Assembly: GCA_965240325.2 (NCBI GenBank)
Contig: OZ251226.1
Span: 3,348,001-3,412,000, forward strand
Direction of reading: 5' to 3'
Origin: Rebecca billardiae RCC1528
Lineage: Eukaryota > Protista > Haptophyta
DNA length: 64,000 nt
The translations under genes and the position numbers were made by a program. The notes under the pieces were generated by a model that did not search any database, was not told where the DNA came from, and saw nothing but the letters and a program-made list of their open reading frames with translations. Shown one piece after another: positions 34,125 through 44,613 of this stretch (positions are counted from its first letter, which is position 1; every line of letters begins with the position of its first letter).

Positions 34125-34481
34125 GTCGTCACAGGGCTCACAGGCAGACACAGCTCAGCCTGAAGTATACTACATGTCCAGAGTGTGTCACCTCCTCCGA
34201 CTCGTCAGTGCACGCCGCGTGCAGATGACGACTGCGCATTCTGCTTTGCGCATAATGGCACACGTGTCACGCTCACACTGACCACACCGTCGGGCGGGCA
34301 TTCATGCCGTCGGCCATGCTGACGCTGTGGTGGTTGGATCAAGCCGAAGTCCCATACAGGTCGCTGCTTCGTTTTTCGGACTGCTTCGTCTTTCAGACCC
34401 GGCGATGGCGACGCACCTCGCGCAGCGGCTGCTGTGTGGCGGGCGCCGCGCGGCAGGGCTAGGCGGCCTGTCGGCGCGTCT

Positions 34482-35856
34482 GGTGACCTCAACGCACCTC
34501 TGGTGGCTGCGGGGCTGGAGCCCATCGCCTTCCCGATCGTGCTGTTGCTCGACAACCACTCGTCGCGGTACACGGAGGACGTGCTCGCAGCCCTCGGCAC
34601 TGCTGAGTCCGAGTTCGGCATCCGCATCTTCACCGAGGAGCCGAACACGTCGCACTTCCTACAGGTAGGCGCCCGTGCGCGCGGACGGCTGCAGCGCCTC
34701 TCCGGCGCGCGCGCGTGCCCCGGGTGTACCTGGCGTGCAATCGGCCCGGCGCGCGCGCGCGACGCGCGCACAATCACCTCTCCGCCCTCGCGCGGCCGCA
34801 CGCACCGTGAAGGCTCTCGATCAGTACAACCACAAGTTCCACTCGCAATACCAGAAGGGCCTGGCGTCTTTCAAGCACGCGTACACGGCGAGCTACGGCA
34901 AGGAGCCCACGATCGGCCTCCGCGAGTTCCTCCAGATCCTCGGCGGCTGTGAGGAGCTGTCCACGCCGGGTGCGTGGTTCTCGTGGTGTGACACCTTTGA
35001 CATCATCAACGCGTGGCGCAAGGTGGGCATCACGGGCAACGTGTTGGACCCGGACCAGATCAACAGGAAGGACTTCGTGGATCGTCTCGATGCCGCACAG
35101 GCGAAGGCGGAGCGCAGGCGGCAAGAGGAGGAGGCCGATGCCGCGTCGCTCGCGGCGGCGGCGCCGGCAGCGGCGCCAAGCACTCCGGAGCGCGGGGCTG
35201 CGCGCTCGGCCGACGACGGCGAGCCCTCTGGCGCGCACGCATCACCTACGTTTAGTGCGTTCACAGCCACGCCTGCGGGGATGCGCTCGAACACTGCTCC
35301 AGCCCTCCGCGCCAAGCTCGAGCTCGCCAAGGAGTACTCCGGCCGCCAGGCCGCCAAGCTCGTGCGCGAGCGTGATGAGCACGACGCCGAGCTCGCCGCG
35401 GTGCGCAAGGCGGTGAGGTTCGACCCGGGTGAGCTCGCAGACCAGCTCGGTGTCCTTCCAGTGCCCGCCGTGGAGCTCGCCGCGCCGAAGCCGGACAACA
35501 CGCGGCTCGACAGCCAAAACGGCTCGTGGTCGTTGCGTGAGATCAACACGCAGAAGGCCGCGCAGACCGCGCAGAAGGAGGCCGAGGCGGCGCGCAAGGC
35601 GGCGGCCGCATCCGAGCGTGCGCGGAAGAAGGCGGAGGCGGAGGCAGCTGCTGCTGAGCTCGAGGCGAGCTTCGACCGCTGTCACCAGACCTGCTCGTGC
35701 GGCGTGTCGCCCTGCCCGATGGCGAAGGCGAGACGCTGCCCGACGTGCCAGAAGATCGATCTCCGAGGGTGGCTGTGCAAGAAGGCCGAGTGCTCGGAAG
35801 CTCGCAAGCAATCGGCGCCGGCGCCGGCCGCGCCGGGCACCGCCGCGTCAGTATGA
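34482..35856 (+). pseudogene. 5'-truncated pogo-like DDE transposase; intron 34665-34812; Cys-rich C-terminus
   Basis: Splicing gives PIVLLLDNHSSR...EEPNTSHFLQ|ALDQ. IINAWRKVGI is present. The first Asp and the HTH domain are missing. Confidence 0.85.
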
Positions 35857-36058
35857 GCTGTCGTCGTCGACCGTGCTGGCCGCGCAGCCGCAGCGCCGGC
35901 TGGCGGTGGCGCGGAAGCCTAGTGAATCCCTGAGGTGGTCTGCTGCATGTATGTGGTATCTAGAGTGCATGATGCCGTTAGCCCGACTCACACGGCTCAC
36001 CAGACAGCGGCTCTGACTCGGCGCGCGCGCTGAGAGCCCGCGGGTCTGAAAGTTGAAG

Positions 36059-37994
36059 TAGCCTGGTCCATCCCGATTTTCGCCACTGAAAAAGCCTTTT
36101 TCGGATTTTGGGCGCCTCATTTCTCCCGATTTTTCTCGTCGCTCGTCGCGCTCGTCAAAAATCGCCACCGGCCGTCCGACGGCTCGCCGCGACGAGGTCG
36201 GAAGGGGCTCGAGAGCCTCGACTGGACGACTGCGCCGCCTCATGTCAGGTGTAGTGCTGGACACATCGTTCGGGTGCCCCGGCGGTGTGCGTGCACACCT
36301 TAAGCGACATGTCTGCGTTGCTTCCGCCGCCCGCGGTCCGTCGCCAGGTCGACTTCTCGCCCGACGGCGCGCGTCGAACGCTCAGCTGCTGGGTTGCGCT
36401 GCGCCTTCGAGAAGGGGCACCTCCGGGAATATGCGCGGCACGCGACGGCTCGCATGGGGCACCGCCTACCCCTAGCATGTACTCGATGCCACCACCAGCG
36501 TTGGGCGCGCTGCGCATCGCCAACGCTTCATCCGGCCAGTCCCGTCACGTTTGCGCATGGGTCGCCCAAGGCGGCGGCAGTCGATTTGTGCTTCTCGTGG
36601 AGCTGTATGACGGGCTGGGGGCGATCAGGACGGCTCGCCTTGCGGGGCTGGGTATGTACAGTTACATTGTAGTGGCTGCCGGCTGACTCCCATCCCCTGG
36701 GTGCTGCTTTACCGTCGTGGCCTTTGCTGCGAGCACAAGGTCGAGGATCGTACCGCGGTCTGCGAGGCAGAGTCGACGGAGTCGTCGCTTGAAGATGGTT
36801 GAGAGCGCTCGTACGTCTTCCTTGGTGTCGTGCGGCCACTCCAGCACGCAAGGCTCGCGCTTTGGCACGTGTTTGGTGTCCATGGGTGGCACATTGTGCC
36901 ATTCGGGTGGCTCGGAAGCACGTGCTCGGGTGTCTTCCCCGTTTACGTGCGGTGGGTCAAGTCACCACGCACGGCCAGAGCATGTCATGGCACGCGGAGG
37001 GTGCCCATGAACGATCCCCACCCCGGTGGTGGCCGTAGGCGCACTCGAAGCGGTCGCATCGTCACCCGCGGATCACATCAGTCCGCCGTTGAGGCTGTCG
37101 GGCGAGCAAGGACGTGCGATCTGACCCTTGGACGAGCAGCTAGAACCGCGATTATGCCTCGTCTAAGGACGCACATGTCGTCGTTGTAGGCAGTACGGAT
37201 GCCCCAAGTGAAAGGGCGGGCGTGGCACGCGACTTGACAGCTTGAATGACTCGATGCACGCCGCCATGGACACGCGATCCGGATCCGTTGCGAACCTGCC
37301 GTGTGGCTCACGGCGGCGCGCGTTGTGCCGCACATCGGCCAGTCGCCACGCAGGAGATGGTCTCCAGACCAGGTCCAGCACCTGACCGACTGTCGCACGC
37401 CTGGCCGGGTGGGAGTCCGGCCCTCTTCTTGTCTGCAGGAGTGCGCGGAAGGCCAGGCGGAGCCTCGTCCGACCACTGCACCCCGAGCGCCGCACTAATC
37501 GTGCAGCCTGGGACAGCTACCCACCTATGGCGAATATGTAACGACATACTGGCATTTAATTACACAGACTCAGAACGCATATTTATGCGGGTAAATTTCC
37601 CATATTATGCGGGTACAAATGGGTAATATAGTCAATCTTGCAGTAGTTGAGTACGGCCACTTGCGCACAGACCAGAGCCCATCCTAATGGCCTGTACCAA
37701 GGTTCATGTTCGCCTCGACGTACGCCAATAAGTAAGTTCGTGCGTTTGGGCTCATTTCGGCTAAGTACTTACCCACATTCAGACTGACGATTCTCTATGT
37801 GTCCGTAGTTGTCCGCGGCGCGCGCGCGCACGCTCACGACGGGCCGCGGATGCGATTTTTAGGCCGAAACTTTTGCTCCGCCCGGGCTGGGCCCATTTGC
37901 TACGCTGTTTCCGGGTGTGAGCGCGCGCCTAGGGGCCCGCATTCATTTGGCGATAAAATCCCCGAAAGTGCTCCAGTGCGTTTGGACCAGGCTA
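36059..37994. mobile_element. Nested non-autonomous element with a 12-bp TIR and a 7-bp TSD
   Basis: GTTGAAG|TAGCCTGGTCCA ... TGGACCAGGCTA|GTTGAAG; TSDs at 36052-36058 and 37995-38001. Confidence 0.85.
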
Positions 37995-38359
37995 GTTGAA
38001 GCATGCCGTCGGCGGCCCCGTCGTGGACCTCGTGGCGTCCGTGGGGCACATGGTAGTGGAACAAAGTCGTCTAAATGGTACATACCCGCTGGGTTGTACC
38101 TCAGGCACACCCTGGGGGTGCCGCCAGACGCGATCTCGAGCGCCGCAGACCCCCGGGGGCGCCGCCGCCATCGTGCACAAAAAGTGAACAGCAATCGGGT
38201 CCGAAAGTTGAAGCAGCGACCTGTAGAATGATCCTAGAATGATTCAATACTGTGTGCACGTTAAAACATAGTAAACTGTAAGTCGTGCGGAGCTCGGTCC
38301 GGTCGCGTCGCCCGCCGTCGCCGGACCAAGGCTGGAGCGAGGGCGACACGCGGACAGCC

Positions 38360-38659
38360 ATGGCCATCGCCGCAGACGTCGCTGCGTTCCTCGAGCGCCC
38401 GGCCGCGAAGAAGGCGCGCCGGATCGGCTTCCACGTCCTGCGCGGCGCGAACAAGTTCCTCCACGGCTCCGGCCGCGTGGCGTGGGTGATGGGCACGACC
38501 GCCATCGTGCTGATCGTGCCGCTCATCTTTGAGATCGACCGCGAGCAGCAGGTGCAGGAGATGGAGGCGATGCAGGGAGGAGCGGGCGCGCTGCCGCCCC
38601 CACCGGGGCTGCAGGCGGCGCCGGGCCTCGTTATGCCCCCAACCGAGGCGAGGCGCTGA
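38360..38659 (+). CDS. TOM22: Mitochondrial import receptor Tom22, short plant Tom9-type form
   Basis: SGRVAWVMGTTAIVLIVPLIFEIDREQQ transmembrane signature. Confidence 0.9.
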   Translation: MAIAADVAAFLERPAAKKARRIGFHVLRGANKFLHGSGRVAWVMGTTAIVLIVPLIFEIDREQQVQEMEAMQGGAGALPPPPGLQAAPGLVMPPTEARR

Positions 38660-40326
38660 AGGGCCCCGACCTCGGCAGCGTCGCACCACGGCGCGTGCAC
38701 GCCTGGCGCCGCGCGCGGCGGCAGCGCCGTGAGCACCAGGCCTCCCACCGTGCCAGCACTCGGGCGGCGCGTCCAGAACAGGACAGCTCCGGCGGCGCGG
38801 TGTGCTCAATGGTAGCTCATATGCGCGCCCGCCGCCTCCGTGCTGAGCTGCGTGCGCCGGAGACAGCCGCACGACGTGGGCGCTCCGCCGCGCGTGTGGC
38901 TATGCCGCAGCCTCGGCTCAGGAGCCAGGGGCCGCGCGCAGTCGCCTGCCGTCGGCCCGGCAGCGACGTGCCGACGTCGTTGCACCGTCGGCTGGTGCCG
39001 TTGGGTGGCCGACGTGGTGAGACGACGGCCTTTGGCGGAGGCCGTTTGACCTACCACATTCGATGGCTCCGGCGGCCGGAGCCCGGCTGCTGCCGCGTGC
39101 CTTCTGCCGTGATTTGAGTTATTACGACTATATATATATATATATATATATTATCTAGTATATAATGGCCCGCGGTGCAGGGCGGAGCGCGCAGCGTGGA
39201 GCCCGCACCAGCGGGCCCGAACAACGTTTCAAAAAGATCTTTGATCAAGAAAAAAGGGACGGGGGACGATTTTCATGGCTGGAGGAGACCGAGTTTCGAA
39301 TTTTGAGACCCTCTCTAACCGATGCATCACGGCCGAAAAAGGTCGCGCCCACGGCAAGTTCATAGTAAAGCGTGGAGTGACGCCCGTCCAAAAAACTTCA
39401 CGCCCTTTAGGATCCCTAACGTAACGAACCGTTACAAGCGATTTTTCCGGCCAATGAGATTGCAGCAAGGTCCAAGCAGAGCGATGACGTATCTAGATAC
39501 AGATTGCCGCGAACCGATGTGACCATGTACGTCCCTTGAATCATCAGTTGAATCAACTATTCAATCGCGCCGTGTCTGTATCAGGAGCCGACGAGGCAAG
39601 GGTCAGTAGCCGATGGGCCAACCTCGGCGAATCTCAATACTATCTGACGCGAACGGACTTGGTTGGGCGCGCGCGTGGCCCGCGGCGGCCCACCAGAGGC
39701 GGCCCGCGTTTGGAGGCGAGCCACGGGCACGAGGCTCGAGGACCGACGGGTGAGGACGGCGATGGGCAGGTGCGCGCGGCGAATGGCGCCTGGAGCGCGC
39801 GGCTGCGGCGGGTCCCGACTGCCGTCGACATCGCGTTCGTCGTGCCCCCGCTCACTCCGCGCGCCCCCGCCGCCCCTGCCGCCCCGTGTCGATGCCTCGG
39901 CGCGGCCTTGCGCGGCCCCGGCGTGTCCGCGAGCCGGCGCCGCAGCCGCCGCCCTGTGTTCGGGCTCTCGCAAGCTCGGGGGCAGCGGCGCCTGATGCCG
40001 GACTGATCGATCTCTGAGCCTTCGACTTCACCACGCGCCGCCCTTGCCATGCCTTTCCGGGGTCTCCCAGAACTCTTCTTGATTGAGAGAGAGCAGGCGC
40101 GCCGACGATCCGATTGTCCATCGTCGGTCGACTCTGAGCGAGGGCTACGCCTCGGAACTGAACGGTACTCTACGAGGAGGACGAGCTGCGCGGGCGACGG
40201 TGGTGCGTGACGTCCCCAGAGCTGGCCGTGCCTCTGCAACGCGTGCCGAGCCTGATCGAGGTGTGTCAGCTGCCCGTGCACGCGCGGCGAGTGCGCGAAC
40301 CGGATCACCGGTGCCCTCGCACCTCG

Positions 40327-40629
40327 GCACCGTGCTCCCTCGGGCTGTCAGCTCCGCGTGGCCTGGCGTGCACGTAGAGTTGCGCTCATGCGTCGATCAC
40401 GCCTCGCGCCCGCCTGTCGGCCGTCGCGCAGGCGCTGGTCGAACCCTACTCGGACCCTACTCCTCCAGCCCTACTCCCGGGCGCTGCCGGCGCGGGGGGT
40501 GACCCCGGGGACAGCGGTCAGCAGCAGCGGCCCGAACGAATCCGCGGCCCCGCACCATGCTCCCTGGCTGTCAGCTCCGCGTGGCCTGGTGTGCACGTGG
40601 AGTCGCGCTCATGCGTCGATCACGCCTCG
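40327..40629 (+). repeat. About 78-bp imperfect direct repeat (40327-40406 and 40552-40629) in a TE-like island
   Basis: ggctgtcagctccgcgtggcctgg...gcgctcatgcgtcgatcacgcctcg occurs twice. Confidence 0.8.
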
Positions 40630-40920
40630 TCGCATCCGCCTGTACACAATCGGCGCCGCGCCGGCGGCTGCAATGGGCCCGCCCGGCGCGGCGGGCGGCG
40701 GCGCGCCGCTGATGGAGTCTAGTTGTACGGGCATATGCAACTGGTCTGTCAATAGACGACTGCGACGGAGGGTGCACCGCCACCGCGGGCCCTGAACTAC
40801 GTTCGTTCTACGGAAAAAGGACCGCGGAACGCGGTCATATTATTCATCAATATTTAGTCTGCCGCCGTGAGGCGTGACCCGCAGAGGCAGCGTCGTTCGT
40901 CAGCAGATCATCGGAGTCGT

Positions 40921-40929
40921 GTATGTATG

Positions 40930-40992
<63 letters not shown>
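40921..40992. repeat. (TATG)n/(TA)n microsatellite
   Basis: Read directly from the sequence. Confidence 0.95.
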
Positions 40993-40993
<1 letters not shown>

Positions 40994-40998
<5 letters not shown>

Positions 40999-42955
40999 TT
41001 TTCTGAGGATAGCGCACCAGCAAAATCCCTTGACCGCCATCCGGATTTTACGGAGGCCGCGTTTGGACGCAGAAACGCGCGATGGCGAGGCCCGCCCTCG
41101 CACCACCGCTCTCGCGAGATCGCGACCGTGCGACCTGCGGCGTTGCGCTCGACGCGCTCTTTCTGCTCGGAGGCCGCGAGGTCTCCCAGGTGCGCCAGCT
41201 CGCGAGCGCGCACCTTCCTCCTCGCCGCGCTCGCCGAGCACGAGCCGATCTGCAGCAGATGTGCAAGGAGCCGCATGTGGCCTTCCTCGCGCGCGCGGCA
41301 CGGCTGCACACGAAAATCGTTAGAGGGCACTTCTCCGCGCATTCTACATTTTGGGGAAAGAACGCCTGAACTGCACAAAAAGTGCCCTCTAACGCTTCCG
41401 CTCCTCGCCGTTGCGTGCACGCGCAAAGGAGCACTGCAAAGGGTGCGACTGGGAGCATTCCTTCTCCCGGGCGGCCACCACGGCCTCGGAGGTGGTGAGG
41501 ATCGCGTCGGCGACCACGGCGTGGACCACCTCCGTCGCGCCGGACACTCCGGTCGCCCCTCGCCGGACTCCATCCTCGCTGCGCGCTGACCGTTTGCCGA
41601 GCGGGCTGCCCCCGCCGCCTGCCCGGCGTGTGCCCGCGTGGTGACACAAGATGGTCGAAGGCGTGGCAGCGCGGTGGTGCGTGCGATCGGGGGACCCCAC
41701 CTGAGCTACGACACGGGCGCGCGCGCTCATCCGTGCTCATCACGGTGGTGCACGCGCGCGTCGCGCGCTCGCCGGCTGTCGCGCGCTGACGGCTGGGCTG
41801 CTTTGGGGTGTCGGCGGCGGCCACAGCTCGCTGGTACGGGCGCGATGGTGGCTGCGAGTGGTACGCGGCGTTGCACCAGGTCCATGTGCGTCACGCACGA
41901 CGCTCGGCCGGCTCGCCCTCGGACCATTGGCTGAGTTCTACTCGCCGCGCGCGCCGCGCGCGGGAGCAGCTCGGCAGCTGCTCGAGGCGCAAAGTGCGCC
42001 CCGCGCGCTGAACGTGGGCACGACGAGGTGGTGCGGCGAGCGTGCGCGGGTGTGTGTGCGTGATGGGCACCCCCATTGCGCTACTTGCCATGCACATCTG
42101 CCTCTCGCCAAGCCTTCGACACGATTGCTGCAAGCGCTGCTCGCAGGCGCGCTCGCGGGCTCGCGCGCGTTTGAATCTGGGCTCGGCGGCGATCGCGTGG
42201 ACGAGGGGCAGCGCGGTGCACGGTGGCGGAGCGCGTGCGGAGCGCAGCCTACACCTCCTACACGCTCCATCCAGACACATCGCGCATGCTCGCGCGACCT
42301 CCTCGGTCCATCACGCGCGTGTGCGCGCGCGAGCAGGTGTGCATTCGCCGGGCGCGTTCACGGCGCGCCGCGTTGGCGCGCGCGCACCGATACCCGTGCG
42401 CAGCTCGACGAGCGAGCGCGGTGTGTTTCGATGCGTATGGGGAGGCTCGAATTTACGCGCGCGCACGCGCCGGCCCTCGCCGCCCCTTCGCTCGCCCACG
42501 CCTCATCTGCGCGCTCGGCGTTTGCAGGCAGCTGCGCATTCTTTCCGACACGTGCGCAAACGAGCAGATGGCGCTGGGCGAGGTCGATTGGTGCGTCAGA
42601 TATTCGGCAACGATCAGGCCCGCGCGTGTGCCGCCACTCGTGCTACTCTCGGCGACCACCTCTGGCTCGGTCGCGCGCACGAGGCTGCTCGCGGCCGAAT
42701 CGTGCCGTGTACCGTCAAGCTGTACCGTGCGCGGCGAGGCGCACTCAGACGTCGGCGTGGGCTGGCATGCGAGGGCCCGGCAGTGCGACGCGTCGATGGA
42801 GCATGCTCCGGATACGCTTCGGCGCACTTCCCGACGCGCACGAGCCGCTCGAAGGCGCGGAAGGGCGCCCAAACGGGGCAACCGCCATTTTGCGCCACTT
42901 CGGCCCGGATGGCGGTCAAGGGAAATTGCTGGTGCGCTATCCTCAGAAAAGTTTA
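40994..42955. mobile_element. Non-autonomous TIR element embedded in TA repeats
   Basis: About 50-bp TIR TAAACTTTTCTGAGGATAGCGCACCAGCAA..CCCTTGACCGCCATCCGG with 2 mismatches. TA runs outside both ends. Confidence 0.85.
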
Positions 42956-43366
42956 ATCATATATATCAACACTCCGCCTCCGGTCAGTCCGCCACTCGCC
43001 TTGTCATTGTGACTCATCAGTGTGAGTGAGTAGCCGAGACTGCTGTAGTCGTCGTCTATACCCTTCGTTCAGACGCGAGGACTACTGCGTCACTGCGGGC
43101 TGACTAGCTCACTCTTGCTGACGCGGAGGCGGAGCGCGACCTGGTCTGAGTGGTCACCTGCCCGGCCCGGCCGGCGCGACCTCGCGTTCAGCGCGAGGTC
43201 GCCGCCGCTGAACGCGCGTTTGCCGCTGCGGGGCCGAGGTCTGAAAACCAAGCGATTGCGGCGCTTTTCGCGATTTTGTGGTCGGAAGGACGCCAGCGTC
43301 TCTTCGACCAACAAAGAGATAGCCTGCGCTGCACACCGAGCTGCACAGCGTCAGTGATCGGTGAGA

Positions 43367-44335
43367 TCAGTCCAGGTCGTCCATCACGTCGCTTCGCCAG
43401 TCGAGCCGCGCCGACGGCGGCTCGCTCGGCGCGTCGAGCGCGTCGGCGGGAGGCGCGTCGGCGCGCCCGTCGTCCGCAGCCGGCGCCGCCCCGTTCTGCG
43501 CGGCCGCGCCCGGCAGCGCGATGTTGCTCGTGCCGTCCGCCGAGAGCACGCCATCGGCCTGCTCGCGCGTGGCGAGCGGGAAGCGGCGGAAGTCGTCGTA
43601 CAGCTTCTGCGCGAGCTCGAGCTCCTCGATCTCCGCGCCCTCGCGCGCGCTCCAGCGGCGCAGCAGCTCGAGCACGTCCGGCCCGAGCCGGAGCACCCGC
43701 TCGCGGCAGAAGAAGTAGCGCACGACCGAGAGCCACGCCGCGAGCACCGAGAGCGCCATCGCCGCGCAGCCGGGCCAGCGGTTGTCGATGCACCGGCCGA
43801 GCGTCTGTATCGTCCGCACGTCCGGCCGGGCGAGCTCGCCCATGCACTGCAGCAGCGGCACGTCGGGCGGCGGGTCCTCGTGCCAGTCGAACAGCTCCGT
43901 GAGCGTCAGCAGGCAGTCCAGCGCCTGCGAGGCCACGTACACATTCTCGGCGTCGACGAGGCCGACGAGCGCGCGCAGCCCGCCCGCGAGGATGAACGGC
44001 CGCATCAGCCGCTGCTCCTGCAGGTGGATGGTGTACAGCGTCGCGAGGAGCAGGGGCTGCGCCTTCGCCAGAGGGTGCGTCTCGGGCGCGCCCGGGGGGA
44101 GCCGCTGCAGGCAGACGACGTAGTCGGCCATGTCCTCCGCGTCGGGGTAGAAGACGATGCGCCTGGCGTCCTCGAGGCTGGTCGTGCGCCTCAGCACCTG
44201 CTCGATCTGCGCGAGCGGCGGCTGTCGCCACTTGCTTCGGAACGACTGGCTGATGGACTGTGCGGACTCGGCATCCGGCATGCTCTGCGCCACGCGCGCG
44301 ACCACGGCCTCGAAGCGCGCGTCATCGGTGGCCAT
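43367..44335 (-). CDS. Hypothetical ARM/HEAT-like helical protein
   Basis: Clean ORF from ATG 44335. FILAGGLRALVGLVDAENVYVASQALDCLLTLT is ARM-like. Confidence 0.7.
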   Translation of the reverse strand: MATDDARFEAVVARVAQSMPDAESAQSISQSFRSKWRQPPLAQIEQVLRRTTSLEDARRIVFYPDAEDMADYVVCLQRLPPGAPETHPLAKAQPLLLATLYTIHLQEQRLMRPFILAGGLRALVGLVDAENVYVASQALDCLLTLTELFDWHEDPPPDVPLLQCMGELARPDVRTIQTLGRCIDNRWPGCAAMALSVLAAWLSVVRYFFCRERVLRLGPDVLELLRRWSAREGAEIEELELAQKLYDDFRRFPLATREQADGVLSADGTSNIALPGAAAQNGAAPAADDGRADAPPADALDAPSEPPSARLDWRSDVMDDLD

Positions 44336-44613
44336 CTCGGGCGCTGCACCCGCTCCTACAACGGCCACCGCGCGCGCACGATGGCGCACTGCACGGAACA
44401 GCAGCCGATGACGACACGGTCAACCGAGCGGGACTGACCGAGGCTGTTTGACCAAAGGACCATCAAACACTTATTTATTGATGGTCCTTTGGTTTGACAG
44501 TACGTCACGAACACGAGGTCTGAATGACTGCGACGTACAGTGACAGCAGACGTCGGAGACGAATGTCGTCGTCGCGATGATTTCTCTCCGAAGGCTGTGA
44601 ACATTCATGCAGG

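Larger units (their letters stand above)
34357..38223 (+). mobile_element. pogo/Fot1-type DNA transposon, internally deleted, TA TSD
   Basis: TA|CAGGTCGCTGCTTCGTTTTTCGGAC at the left and the inverse at 38199-38223|TA (3 mismatches in 25). Contains a DDE_1 transposase fragment. Confidence 0.9.

Noticed and set aside
36580-36686. VELYDGLGAIR resembling cytosine methyltransferase motif I
   Set aside because: A stop follows and no PC or ENV motifs are seen in frame.
39167-40791. 11-bp inverted GGCCCGCGGTG as possible PIF/Harbinger ends
   Set aside because: Short, GC-rich, and the flanking triplets do not match. The region is TE-like but its boundaries are unsupported.
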